Source of the DNA: Bacillales bacterium UBA1188 | GTDB taxonomy: Bacteria; Bacillota_I; Bacilli_A; Izemoplasmatales; UBA1188 | Reading direction: 5' to 3' | DNA: 64,000 nt | Assembly: GCA_002310135.1 (NCBI GenBank) | Contig: DBYK01000001.1 | Location: 244,397 to 308,396, forward strand | Shown here: positions 9,640-19,944 of the stretch, in pieces | Layout: each line of letters begins with the position of its first letter | Position numbering within the stretch: position 1 is the first letter of the stretch | Notes under the pieces: model-generated | Database searches by the model: none | Seen by the model: the letters and a program-made list of their open reading frames with translations, nothing else | What the model was told of the DNA's origin: nothing | Program-made: the position numbers and the translations under genes

Positions 9640-10615
9640 TATCGCAATAATTGGGGCAACTGGCCTTGTAGGTTCTACTTTTCTAAAAGTGATGGATGAG
9701 AAAAATATAGATGTATCTAATCTATATCTTTATGCATCTAAAAAGAGTGAAGGTAAAATCATTAATTATAGAGGAAAAGATTATATAGTTAAAGATATAG
9801 AAAAATATAGTGATGAAAAAGTCGATTTCGCTCTTTTTAGCGCAGGAGCGAGCATATCTAAAGAATACGCAAAAAAATTTATTGATTCTGGGGCTATAGT
9901 TATAGATAATTCATCATACTTTAGGATGGATGAAAACTCTCCTTTAATTGTCCCTGAAATCAATTTTAATGATAGAGTGATAGGCAACTTAATCGCAAAT
10001 CCGAATTGTTCGACTATTACTGCTATTTTACCACTATACCATCTTGATAAAGAATTCGATTTAATAAGAGTGAATTATACAACTTATCAAGCTGTATCTG
10101 GTTCAGGCATTAAAGGAATAAATGATTATAAGAGATGCCTAAATGGAGAGGAACCAAAGTTTTATCCATATGATATAACAAAGACTTGTATTCCTGAAAT
10201 CGATATTTTTGACCAAGAAAATCATTATACTAAAGAAGAATTAAAGATGGTAAATGAGACAAGGAAGATTCTTCATAAAAAAGATCTAAAAGTATCCGCA
10301 ACTTGTATAAGAGTTCCTATCCTAAATTCACATGGAGTAGTTACTTCTTGTGAATTTAAGAAAAAGATAGATATGGATAAAGTATATGAATGCCTAAAGA
10401 ATAAAGAGGGTTTAGTATTGATAGATGATATCAATAATCATGGGTACCCAACACAAATTATTTCAAACGGAAATGATAATGTTTATGTAGGAAGAATTAG
10501 AAAAGATTTATCAAGTGATAATGGGTTAATTTTCTATTCAACCCTTGATAATGTAAGAAAAGGTGCCGCATCTAATGCAGTAGAAATAATGGAGAAGATT
10601 ATAAAGGAGATGTAA
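9626..10615 (+). CDS. asd: Aspartate-semialdehyde dehydrogenase
   Basis: IIGATGLVG N-terminus, the active-site NPNCSTI block and a YQAVSGSG block. Start moved to ATG 9626; the ORF track uses TTG 9617. Confidence 0.9.
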   Translation: MKKYNIAIIGATGLVGSTFLKVMDEKNIDVSNLYLYASKKSEGKIINYRGKDYIVKDIEKYSDEKVDFALFSAGASISKEYAKKFIDSGAIVIDNSSYFRMDENSPLIVPEINFNDRVIGNLIANPNCSTITAILPLYHLDKEFDLIRVNYTTYQAVSGSGIKGINDYKRCLNGEEPKFYPYDITKTCIPEIDIFDQENHYTKEELKMVNETRKILHKKDLKVSATCIRVPILNSHGVVTSCEFKKKIDMDKVYECLKNKEGLVLIDDINNHGYPTQIISNGNDNVYVGRIRKDLSSDNGLIFYSTLDNVRKGAASNAVEIMEKIIKEM

Positions 10616-10618
10616 GCG

Positions 10619-11920
10619 ATGGTAAAAGTTTCTAAATTTGGTGGTTCTTCTGTTTCAAACTCCAATAACTTTAAATTAGTTAAAGATATTATATTAAGTG
10701 ATGAAAATAGAAAAGTAATAGTCACAAGCGCAATAGGTAAAGAAAAAGATAAAGATAATAAAGTAACTGACTTACTTTATCTTCTTTATGCTCATTATAA
10801 ATATCATGTGAATTTTGATAATGTGCTTTCAACTATTAAAGATAAATTTATGACTATTAAAAATGAACTAAATCTAAAGATTGATTTAGAAAAAGATTTT
10901 AATGAAATAATAGAAAATATTGATCTTGGCGAAGAATATATCGTTAGTCGTGGTGAATATTTAACTGCGAAGATGTTAAGCGAATATTTAGGTTATAAAT
11001 TCATCGATAGTAAAGACTTAATAAAATTTGGATATAATTCTAAAGTTGATTATGATTTAACTACTAAAGCTATTAATGCATTAATTAAAGAAAATGATAA
11101 AGTAGTTATTCCTGGTTTTTATGGGTCATATCCAAACCAAAAGATTTGTCTTTTTAGTAGAGGTGGATCAGATATAACTGGGGCTATTCTATCTAGGTGC
11201 TTAAACGCTATCCTTTATGAAAACTTTACAGATGTAGATGGAATATTTATGGCAAGCCCAAAAATAATTGATAATCCTAAGATGATTGATGAACTCACAT
11301 ATGATGAACTTAGAGAATTATCATATATGGGCGCAAGTGTAATAAACGAAGAGACAATCTATCCTGTTCAAATCGCAAATATTCCAATAAATATCTTAAA
11401 TACTTTTAATAAAGATAATAAAGGCACTTTAATTAAAAAAGACGCAAAAGGGATGAATAATATCATCACTGGAGTTGCAGGAAAGAAAGATTTTATATCA
11501 CTAAATATCACTAAGAATAAGGCATCTAATAAAATTGATATAATCAGTTTTGCTTTAGATATACTTAAAAGAAATAAAGTATCTATTGAATCTATCCCAA
11601 CATCTATTGATTCTTTCTCAATTGTGGTTGAAAAAAGTTCAATAGAGAAGAAATTATATGATATAATCAGTGAGATTAAATCTAATGAAGATGTGATTGA
11701 TTTATCAATTGATGATAATTTATCTCTTATTGCGATAGTTGGAAGAAATATGGTATATAAACCAGGTATAAGCGCTAAATTGTTTGCGCTTCTTGGAGAA
11801 GAGAAAGTTAATATAAAGTTGATATCACAAAACACTCAAGAATTATCAATCACAATAGGTGTTGATAATAATGATTTCACTAAAGCTATTAAAGCTATAT
11901 ATAATGGAGTAATACTATAA
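10619..11920 (+). CDS. Aspartate kinase
   Basis: VSKFGGSSV N-terminus, the amino-acid-kinase fold block FSRGGSDITGA and C-terminal ACT-like repeats. AAGGAG RBS. Confidence 0.9.
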   Translation: MVKVSKFGGSSVSNSNNFKLVKDIILSDENRKVIVTSAIGKEKDKDNKVTDLLYLLYAHYKYHVNFDNVLSTIKDKFMTIKNELNLKIDLEKDFNEIIENIDLGEEYIVSRGEYLTAKMLSEYLGYKFIDSKDLIKFGYNSKVDYDLTTKAINALIKENDKVVIPGFYGSYPNQKICLFSRGGSDITGAILSRCLNAILYENFTDVDGIFMASPKIIDNPKMIDELTYDELRELSYMGASVINEETIYPVQIANIPINILNTFNKDNKGTLIKKDAKGMNNIITGVAGKKDFISLNITKNKASNKIDIISFALDILKRNKVSIESIPTSIDSFSIVVEKSSIEKKLYDIISEIKSNEDVIDLSIDDNLSLIAIVGRNMVYKPGISAKLFALLGEEKVNIKLISQNTQELSITIGVDNNDFTKAIKAIYNGVIL

Positions 11921-11935
11921 TATTACTCTTTTTTT
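11907..11935 (+). terminator. Rho-independent terminator of the thr operon
   Basis: Stem GAGTAATA/TATTACTC with a 6-nt loop that contains the stop codon. TTTTTTT follows. Confidence 0.7.
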
Positions 11936-12004
11936 ATTTGAAATAATTCTATATTTGACATACAATATATATATAGAATTTTTTTAAAAAAGAAAGGTGG
12001 CTAT

Positions 12005-12652
12005 ATGAAATACGTATTCTTAGGTATTTTTGTAATTTTTACTGCGATTCATCTTTATGCCAGTAAGAAAAAGGATCAAAATTTGAGGAATTTCTCAAAA
12101 GGGTTTATTTTATTATCTTTAATGGCATATTACACTCTTTCAACATCTCCAATCTGGGTTACATTAATCGCACTAATATTTAGTTGGCTTGGAGATATCT
12201 TCCTAATTCCAAAAGGATTAGGTTGGTTTACTGCAGGTGGAATACTATTTTTAATATCCCATGCATTCTTTATTATTTCATATAGTTATACTATAGATTT
12301 TCCTAATTTAAGTTTATTCTTAATTATTCCTGTATCTATTCTATTCTTTGTGATAGTAAGTTTTATTATGATAAAACTAAAACCATATCTTCATAAAGCA
12401 TTAGTGATACCTATGGGACTATATCTACTAATAAATGGTACAATGAATAGTTTTGCGATCTTTAGATTTGCATCAAGCATAAATATTGGTACAATTTTAA
12501 CATTAGTTGGGGCAATCCTCTTCTTCATCTCTGATACAACACTATATTTTGTAAGGTTTAAGAAAGATTCTAAACTTAAAACTCATTTCCTAGTAATGCT
12601 TACATATACTTTAGCTGAATTCTTAATAGTTGAAGGTTTAATATTAGGTTAA
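12005..12652 (+). CDS. YhhN-family (lysoplasmalogenase-like) membrane protein
   Basis: 215 aa with about 7-8 TM helices. WLGDIFLI and FFISDTTL blocks are typical of YhhN/TMEM86. AAAGGTGG RBS. Confidence 0.7.
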   Translation: MKYVFLGIFVIFTAIHLYASKKKDQNLRNFSKGFILLSLMAYYTLSTSPIWVTLIALIFSWLGDIFLIPKGLGWFTAGGILFLISHAFFIISYSYTIDFPNLSLFLIIPVSILFFVIVSFIMIKLKPYLHKALVIPMGLYLLINGTMNSFAIFRFASSINIGTILTLVGAILFFISDTTLYFVRFKKDSKLKTHFLVMLTYTLAEFLIVEGLILG

Positions 12653-12666
12653 ATATAAAGCAATAT

Positions 12667-12698
12667 AAAAACTCTTAACGATGGTGTTAAGAGTTTTT
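12667..12698. terminator. Bidirectional terminator between convergent yhhN-like and mtnN genes
   Basis: Stem AAAACTCTTAAC / GTTAAGAGTTTT with a 6-nt loop. It is flanked by A-run/T-run, so it can terminate in both directions. Confidence 0.75.
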
Positions 12699-13372
12699 TA
12701 TATACTTAATAATAATTTCTTGATTATTTCAAATGCTTTTTTAGAACTTCTTTCAACATTCAAATAATAATCTTTAGAATCTCCATCAAATGTATCACTT
12801 ATACATTTAATAGATAATACTTCTTTTTTATGGAAATTAGATACTAAGAATATACCTGCGCTTTCCATATCACAAATACTAGCCCCAAGTGAATGCAATC
12901 TTTCTTTTTCTTCTTTTATAGATACAAACTTATCTCCACTTGCGCATACTGCATCTTTAACACTTGGTTCTATTTTTTTAACTAAATCATAGAGTTTAGT
13001 TGAACCTCCAATTAAAGCACTACTATAGCCACTGTATTGATGTTTTAAAACATCATCTAGATTTGATACATCATAATCATAATGAATTGTGTGAGTCAAA
13101 ATAAAGAGGTCTTCTACTTTTAAAGATTTATCAAGTGCGCCACTAACCCCATAATTTAAGATGTAATCACAACCTAGTGATGAAATTAAAAATTCAGTAG
13201 CGCTTGATGCATAAATAATGCCACAACCACTATTTAAAACATAAATATTATTATTACCTATTTTGGTTTTATATATTTCTCTATTTGAAATTATCTCTTT
13301 TTCTAAAGTAAAGCCAGAACTTAAAAAAGTTTTGAATTCATCTATTACCGCAATTACAATACCTATATTCAT
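12698..13372 (-). CDS. mtnN: 5'-methylthioadenosine/S-adenosylhomocysteine nucleosidase
   Basis: PNP_UDP_1 fold with MNIGIVIA N-terminus, GVSGAL and a CDMESAG block. Start at ATG 13372 has AGAGG 8 nt upstream. The ORF-track start at 13411 would overlap pckA. Confidence 0.8.
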   Translation of the reverse strand: MNIGIVIAVIDEFKTFLSSGFTLEKEIISNREIYKTKIGNNNIYVLNSGCGIIYASSATEFLISSLGCDYILNYGVSGALDKSLKVEDLFILTHTIHYDYDVSNLDDVLKHQYSGYSSALIGGSTKLYDLVKKIEPSVKDAVCASGDKFVSIKEEKERLHSLGASICDMESAGIFLVSNFHKKEVLSIKCISDTFDGDSKDYYLNVERSSKKAFEIIKKLLLSI

Positions 13373-13382
13373 TTTTATACCT

Positions 13383-14975
13383 CTACTTAATAATTGGTTT
13401 TGGCCCAGCACTTACAATATTTAAATCCATATCAGGATATTTAGAATTAAAATTATCCATAAATAATTTTGCGAGAGCGTTTGATGCGCTTATATATTCA
13501 TCTATTGAATCCCACGCTAAAGCTGGATCAAGTATTTCATTTGGAATACCACTTATTTCAACTGGATAATCTAAATTAAATATATCATGATGTTTAAATT
13601 TAGCACATCTTAATGTGCCATTTAAGGCTTCTTTAACCATTTGTCTTGTGTATTCTAGTTTTATTCTTTTAGCTCCATCACTAGCTTTTCCACCAATCCA
13701 ACCAGTATTGACTAGATATACATCTATTCCATATTTATCTAATCTTTCACCAAGCATATGAGCATAAATTTTAGGGTTCATTGGCATAAATGGTTCACCG
13801 AAAAGAGTTGAGAATGTTGGTTCAGGGTTTTTAACTCCTCTTTCTGTACCAGATAGTTTACTAGTAAAACCAGTAATGAAGTGATACATCGCTTGGTTTT
13901 TATTAAGTCTTGAGATTGAAGGAAGTACTCCAAATGCATCCGCAGTTAAAAATATGATAACTTTTGGAATAGGACCTACTCCTTCTTTAACTGAATTATT
14001 AATATAATCTATTGGATATGCCACTCTTGTGTTTTCAGTTAAAGAATCATCAGAAAAATCAAATTCTTTAGTTTCTTTATTTAATATAACATTTTCAACT
14101 ACTGCGCCATATCTAATCGCATTATATATATCTGGTTCACTCTCTTTACTCAAGTTAATGCATTTAGCATAACAGCCTCCCTCAAGATTGAAGATTGAAT
14201 CTTCACTAAAGCCGTGTTCATCATCCCCAATTAACATTCTTGATGGATCCGCAGATAGTGTAGTCTTCCCAGTTCCAGATAATCCAAAAAATATTGCGCT
14301 TTCATGAGTAATAGGGTCTATATTTGCGCTACAATGCATTGGGAGGACTCCCATCTTAGTCAAACAATAATTCATTGTGGAAAATACACTTTTCTTAATC
14401 TCTCCAGCATACCCAGTTCCCGCAATTAAGATTATGTTTTCAACATAATCAATTATGATTGCGGCTTCACTATTAATCCCATATTTTTCTTTTTCTAGTT
14501 TTAAAGTTGGGCATACTAAAATAGTATAATTAGGATTATTATAATTATCTAATTCTTCTTTAGTTGGCCTAATTAAGAGTTGATGGATAAAAAGGTTTTG
14601 ACTTGGAAGTTCATTTATGATTCTAAATTTTTTACTATATTTTCTATCAGCTCCAGATAATCCATCAAATATAAATAGATCTTTATCACTTAAATAATCT
14701 ATTAATCTTTCTTTTATTTTATTATAATTTTCAATGCTTATTGGAACGTTGACTTTGCCCCAGGCAATATCACTCCTTATCTCTTCTCTATCCACAATAA
14801 ATTTATCTTTAGGACTTCTTCCAGTATATTTGCCTGTAGTAACTGATAAAGCACCAGTTTTACTTAAAGCTACATCTTCTCTTTCTAAAGATAACTTAAC
14901 TAATTCATCTACATTTAAATTCCTATAGATATTTTTATTTGTCTTAAGTCCTAAATAATTTAAATCAAGGTTCAT
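13383..14975 (-). CDS. pckA: Phosphoenolpyruvate carboxykinase (ATP)
   Basis: FFGLSGTGKTTLS kinase-1a loop plus LIGDDEHGF and GGCYAK blocks. Start at ATG 14975 (MNLDLNYLG) has a GAGGTAGG RBS. Confidence 0.93.
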   Translation of the reverse strand: MNLDLNYLGLKTNKNIYRNLNVDELVKLSLEREDVALSKTGALSVTTGKYTGRSPKDKFIVDREEIRSDIAWGKVNVPISIENYNKIKERLIDYLSDKDLFIFDGLSGADRKYSKKFRIINELPSQNLFIHQLLIRPTKEELDNYNNPNYTILVCPTLKLEKEKYGINSEAAIIIDYVENIILIAGTGYAGEIKKSVFSTMNYCLTKMGVLPMHCSANIDPITHESAIFFGLSGTGKTTLSADPSRMLIGDDEHGFSEDSIFNLEGGCYAKCINLSKESEPDIYNAIRYGAVVENVILNKETKEFDFSDDSLTENTRVAYPIDYINNSVKEGVGPIPKVIIFLTADAFGVLPSISRLNKNQAMYHFITGFTSKLSGTERGVKNPEPTFSTLFGEPFMPMNPKIYAHMLGERLDKYGIDVYLVNTGWIGGKASDGAKRIKLEYTRQMVKEALNGTLRCAKFKHHDIFNLDYPVEISGIPNEILDPALAWDSIDEYISASNALAKLFMDNFNSKYPDMDLNIVSAGPKPIIK

Positions 14976-15093
14976 AATGCTTCCTACCTCTAAAAATAAA
15001 TATATTACTATTATGTCATTATTTTTAGAAAAATAAAGCATTTAATAGAAATTTAGATATTTATAAAGAAAAAGAGTGAATTATCTTCACTCT

Positions 15094-16791
15094 TTAACTT
15101 AAAGGATATGTGTGTTCGCTTTTTAATTCATCAGTTGAAAAGATATTACAGCTATCAACTACTTTTCCTTTACTATTTACGAATTTTATAGTTTGTCTAT
15201 TATTTACAAAATCTACATTTATATATGTGCCTATATATGTTTTAGAACCATGACCATTTGAATCTCCCGCTTGGATTTCACCAGGTTTACCTACCATTAC
15301 ACCTAAGAAGTCGAAATCAGTTAGATATCCTTTCTTTGAATATTTCTCACCAGATGGATCATAATTTGTATTGTAATAGATTGGGACATTTGACTCTACT
15401 ACTCCAGGTTCAAATAAGTTTATATCGTGTTGGTGACCACATAGTAAGATATCAATATTCATATCATTTAATAGTTCAGTCCATCTATTTTTATATGATT
15501 CATGGTTAACTCTATAATTAACTAGTTGAATTGGAATATGACATACAACCAATGTGTAATCATATAAATTATATTCATGAGACGCTTTTATTTCTTCTAA
15601 GAATAAAGTCTGTTCATCTCTATAGAGATCATATTTATCAGTTCCATAACATTCCCACCAATCATCATCGTGATCTTCGCCTAAATCTAGCACTATTCCA
15701 TAAATATTAGATAGTCTAAATGTGTAATAAAATTTTTGATTCTTTGATCCTACATATTTATATAAAGTTTCAGAATATTCACCTTTACATTCGTGGTTTC
15801 CTCTTGCGTATACAACTGGCTTTTCACCTTTAGTTATTCTTGATGAAATATGATTAGTCGCATTTGCGTAGAATTCACTATCAACGCATGATGTGATATC
15901 ACCAACTATAACTAAAAAATCAATTGTCTTATCATATTCTGACACCTTTACTGCAGGATTAAATGCTTCATGCACATCAGATAAAGCTAAATAATTTATT
16001 CCATCGGTGATATCTACAGGTTTAAAGCTGTGTTTAATAGATATAATCTTACCTTTATATCCGCCAAATGGACCTCTATATATCATTTTTTGAGCGTATA
16101 TTGTATATTCTTTAGCGCTATCTAGTTTTTCTTGTGGGACTATAATTTTATGGACTTTATCATTTGATTTCATGCTTCCAGCATATAAATCATAATATTT
16201 TTCACCACCAACTTCAACCCAGGCAATAGATTTATCATTAGTTGAATAAACTATTTGATATTCATCTTCTACAGCATATACAACAGAATCAAATGTGAAA
16301 TAATTAATTTTAATATCAAATCCTAAAACAATAGTGAATACTAATGCAACAGTAGATATTAAAATTTTCACAATTTTTGATTCTACATTAAAGAATAAAA
16401 TTAGTAAGAATAATATGAATACAAGTGATATGCATAATGATTTTAAGAAATTAGGGAAAATGAAATAGAAATAATCATTTGCGCCTAAGAAATATATTAC
16501 TAGTAATATTATTATAAAGAATAAATCTAAGCTAAAAGATGTAATCCAAGGCCATTTCTTTTCTTTTTTATTTAAGAATAACATCAAAAAAGAAAATATA
16601 AATGATAAAAATGCGAGTATCGTAAAAATAAGTCCAACATTCATCACAAAAAATGATGGGTTCTTTTCAGCTCCAAGCGCTTTACTTATTCCGCTCCAGC
16701 AAGGCCTATAGGCAAGAAACATTAAAGCGGTTAAAAGACTAATAAATGAAGCAATTATCATAAGTAAATTCTTCTTTAAATATTTAATCAT
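15094..16791 (-). CDS. Membrane-anchored calcineurin-like metallophosphoesterase
   Basis: The N-terminal ~170 aa carry 5-6 TM helices. Phosphoesterase motifs follow: LSDVHE, VGDITS, RGNHE and CGHQHD. Confidence 0.75.
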   Translation of the reverse strand: MIKYLKKNLLMIIASFISLLTALMFLAYRPCWSGISKALGAEKNPSFFVMNVGLIFTILAFLSFIFSFLMLFLNKKEKKWPWITSFSLDLFFIIILLVIYFLGANDYFYFIFPNFLKSLCISLVFILFLLILFFNVESKIVKILISTVALVFTIVLGFDIKINYFTFDSVVYAVEDEYQIVYSTNDKSIAWVEVGGEKYYDLYAGSMKSNDKVHKIIVPQEKLDSAKEYTIYAQKMIYRGPFGGYKGKIISIKHSFKPVDITDGINYLALSDVHEAFNPAVKVSEYDKTIDFLVIVGDITSCVDSEFYANATNHISSRITKGEKPVVYARGNHECKGEYSETLYKYVGSKNQKFYYTFRLSNIYGIVLDLGEDHDDDWWECYGTDKYDLYRDEQTLFLEEIKASHEYNLYDYTLVVCHIPIQLVNYRVNHESYKNRWTELLNDMNIDILLCGHQHDINLFEPGVVESNVPIYYNTNYDPSGEKYSKKGYLTDFDFLGVMVGKPGEIQAGDSNGHGSKTYIGTYINVDFVNNRQTIKFVNSKGKVVDSCNIFSTDELKSEHTYPLS

Positions 16792-16859
16792 GTTTATACC
16801 ATCCTTTAATTCTATTTTACACTATTAAAAATAAAAAATCTCTTTTGTTTTAAAAGAGA

Positions 16860-18296
16860 TTAATTATTAGATCTATTAATTATTATTCCATTATATAATG
16901 CGAGCAAAATTGAATATTCCATAGTAGGTCCTAAATTGAATAAGTGACAATCAAGAAGTGATGATAAAATTAAACCTAAAATGCTTAAGAATATAAATAT
17001 TTCTTCTTCTTTAGGCTTTTTAAAGAGTGGAGTAATAGTTGATACCCTATGGATTAAATAAGTGATTATTCCAAATAATCCAGAAGAAGATAATATCTGA
17101 ACTATAGTATTATGATATCTCGCTGGGACAAAGCCAGTTTGAAGGTATGGGGCAGAATGAATTTCAAGACTAAAGAATCCAACTCCAAATAATTTATTGT
17201 TTAAAAACTGATCTATTCCATATTTATATATAGTTAATCTTCCAGAAGATATTGCGTCTAAATCTTCTTTAAGTAATGTATTTAAAATTGGTTCAACTAC
17301 TTTATCTATATATTTTTTAAATATGAAATAAGATAATATAGATAAAGATACTAAAATTAATAGAGTGATTATATTTATTAATCTTCTTTTTCTCTTAGAA
17401 TATATAATTATAAGCACAATGCTTATAATGAATAATAAAATAATTGTGAGTATTGCGGCTCTAGATAAAGTGAACACTACACTAATTAAATTTATAAATA
17501 AGAATGGAAGATATAAAAATCCAAATCTTTTCTTAATTGATAAATAAGCACTAGATACTGTAGAAAGGGTGAGTGCTCCACCGATATTATTATCTATTCC
17601 CCAGCCAGTATAGATAAATGATTTATTTACTTCACCATTGAATATATTTTCTAATCCTTGAGATAAATATATATGGGCTAGTTCAATAGTTAAAACTATT
17701 CCAAATACTAAAAGAAGATATGCGAAATAATCAACTCTTAATTTAGTAAAATCTATAGTAAGCATTAATACTAAATATGGAATAATAAATAGTCCACCAA
17801 GCACTAAACTATAATATATTGTATTAGAATTATAAAATTCAGTTAACGCCCCACCTAGCACAAAAGATATGGACATTAAAACTAAAGATATTATAAATCT
17901 TAAATTTCTTTTTCTGTCCTTTTTAATTATAAAATCTAATATTATTCTAATTAATAATAAACTAAAAATAATAGTGAAATATAAATACAAAGTATTTATA
18001 AATTCTATATTATTAAATATAGATGTATTAGTTTGATAATCATTATTAATTCTACTAATAGTAATATATCCAAAAAAAAGTGGTGGAATAATAGGAGTTA
18101 AGTCATCTAAAAAAATAAATGGAATGATAAGCCCAAATAAAGTGAACAATTTTAAAGTCAATATTTCCATTCCATATATATTAGATATTAAAGTAATAAT
18201 TCCTATTAAGGCAATATAAAAAATAGATGAGAAAAACCATCTTATAGCCTTATATACCTTACTCTTTTCTATCTCCTTAAATATATATACCAACAT
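16860..18296 (-). CDS. O-antigen ligase / polymerase-like (Wzy_C family) membrane protein
   Basis: 478 aa with at least 10 TM helices. The TLSRAAILTIILLF block and a following periplasmic-type loop are typical of O-antigen ligase-like proteins. Confidence 0.65.
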   Translation of the reverse strand: MLVYIFKEIEKSKVYKAIRWFFSSIFYIALIGIITLISNIYGMEILTLKLFTLFGLIIPFIFLDDLTPIIPPLFFGYITISRINNDYQTNTSIFNNIEFINTLYLYFTIIFSLLLIRIILDFIIKKDRKRNLRFIISLVLMSISFVLGGALTEFYNSNTIYYSLVLGGLFIIPYLVLMLTIDFTKLRVDYFAYLLLVFGIVLTIELAHIYLSQGLENIFNGEVNKSFIYTGWGIDNNIGGALTLSTVSSAYLSIKKRFGFLYLPFLFINLISVVFTLSRAAILTIILLFIISIVLIIIYSKRKRRLINIITLLILVSLSILSYFIFKKYIDKVVEPILNTLLKEDLDAISSGRLTIYKYGIDQFLNNKLFGVGFFSLEIHSAPYLQTGFVPARYHNTIVQILSSSGLFGIITYLIHRVSTITPLFKKPKEEEIFIFLSILGLILSSLLDCHLFNLGPTMEYSILLALYNGIIINRSNN

Positions 18297-18437
18297 ATAT
18301 AAATATTATATTTTAGGATACATAAAAAATCAAATGAGAGGGTTAAATAATAATATATAAAAATTATTTATTCACATTTTTTATATTTTATTTACACGAA
18401 TTTATATTTATAATATCTAATGAGGGGTTATACTTAT

Positions 18438-19499
18438 ATGAATATAATCAATATCAATACAAGAGAAAGTTATGATTGTATAGTTGGAGAGGGTCTTATT
18501 TCATTGGTGCCTTCTTTAATTAATGATTTAACTATAAATTCAAACATAGCTTTAATAACTGATGATATAGTAGATAAATTGTACGCTGATTCTTTATTTA
18601 ATGATCTAAAGAAAAATAGAAAACTAAAGACTATAAAGTTGGTTATTAAATCAGGAGAAAAATCAAAAAACAAAGAAACTCTTTTTAATATATTAGAATT
18701 CTTAGGTGATAATAATTTTAATAGGAGTGATTATCTTATTTCGCTTGGTGGAGGAGTGGTTGGTGATATAGTTGGTCTTTCAAGTGCACTTTACATGAGA
18801 GGAATTAATTATATTCAAATACCTACTACACTTCTTTCAATGGTTGATTCCGCAATAGGTGGTAAAACTGGAATAGATTTAAAATCAGGTAAAAACTTAG
18901 TAGGAGCCTTTAAAGAGCCTAAGATGGTTATATGTGACATAAATATTATTAAAGATTTACCTTCTTCTATCTTTAAAGAAGGTATGGCTGAAGTAATTAA
19001 ATGTGATATTATAGGCAATCTTGGGATAAAGAATAATATTTTAAATAATGAAATAAAAGATAATATAGAATCTATAATTAATAAATGCCTATATCTTAAA
19101 AAAGATATAGTTGAAAAAGATGAATTTGAAACAAATGGACTAAGGAAAGTATTAAATCTAGGTCATACTATAGCTCATTCGATTGAGGCAATAAGTAATT
19201 ATTCTATATCACATGGTAATGCAGTTGGAATGGGATTATTAATAGAATCAAAGATATCTTATGAACTAGGTATCATAAATAAAGAAACATTAGATGAAAT
19301 TATAAATATACTAAAGATATCTAATTTAATATTTGATTTAAAATATGATATAGATGAACTTATATCATTTATGAAGAATGATAAGAAAAATAATGATGAA
19401 CTAATATCATTTATATTAATAGAATCATTTGGAAATATAAAAGAAATAAAACTAAATGAAAAAGAATTAAAAAATATATTAAATAAGATAATGAAATAA
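18438..19499 (+). CDS. aroB: 3-dehydroquinate synthase
   Basis: SLGGGVVGDIVG, IPTTLLSMVDSAIGGKTGID and LNLGHTIAH blocks. Start at ATG 18438 has GAGGGG upstream. Confidence 0.9.
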   Translation: MNIININTRESYDCIVGEGLISLVPSLINDLTINSNIALITDDIVDKLYADSLFNDLKKNRKLKTIKLVIKSGEKSKNKETLFNILEFLGDNNFNRSDYLISLGGGVVGDIVGLSSALYMRGINYIQIPTTLLSMVDSAIGGKTGIDLKSGKNLVGAFKEPKMVICDINIIKDLPSSIFKEGMAEVIKCDIIGNLGIKNNILNNEIKDNIESIINKCLYLKKDIVEKDEFETNGLRKVLNLGHTIAHSIEAISNYSISHGNAVGMGLLIESKISYELGIINKETLDEIINILKISNLIFDLKYDIDELISFMKNDKKNNDELISFILIESFGNIKEIKLNEKELKNILNKIMK

Positions 19500-19523
19500 A
19501 AGAAGAGACACGTCTCTTCTTTT
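19498..19523. terminator. Bidirectional terminator hairpin between aroB and the convergent 129-aa ORF
   Basis: GAAGAGAC/GTCTCTTC palindrome flanked by A- and T-runs. Confidence 0.6.
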
Positions 19524-19911
19524 ATTCTTTTATATTATTTATTTCTTTATTTGCAACTTCAAGAAGTGCGGATAAGACTTTCATCATATCCTTAAATGAA
19601 TATTTTAATTCATCATCAAGAGATAGTGGCAATTTAGGTATATTTTCAATACCAATTAATATTTCAGGGAATACTAAATCTATTCCAATTATTTTAGTTG
19701 CACCTTCAGTTATTCTTTTTTTAGTATCATCATGAAGATTTAAAAATAAATCTTTTACAGTATTATTAACTTGTGAAGGCTTACCTAAAGCTTTTAGATA
19801 AAATTTTAAAGCATAAAATCCATTTATTAAAGCAGGATAGTCTTTTTCATTAGAATAAATATTATAGAAGTTATTTCCAATAGATATCAGTTCTTTTTTA
19901 AATATAGTCAT
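19522..19911 (-). CDS. Hypothetical helical protein (129 aa)
   Basis: ORF with a GGAGTAT-type RBS, co-directional with the CapF-like gene and 34 nt downstream of it. No recognisable motif. Confidence 0.45.
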   Translation of the reverse strand: MTIFKKELISIGNNFYNIYSNEKDYPALINGFYALKFYLKALGKPSQVNNTVKDLFLNLHDDTKKRITEGATKIIGIDLVFPEILIGIENIPKLPLSLDDELKYSFKDMMKVLSALLEVANKEINNIKE

Positions 19912-19944
19912 AGTTATTTATATACTCCTTATATCAAATATATT

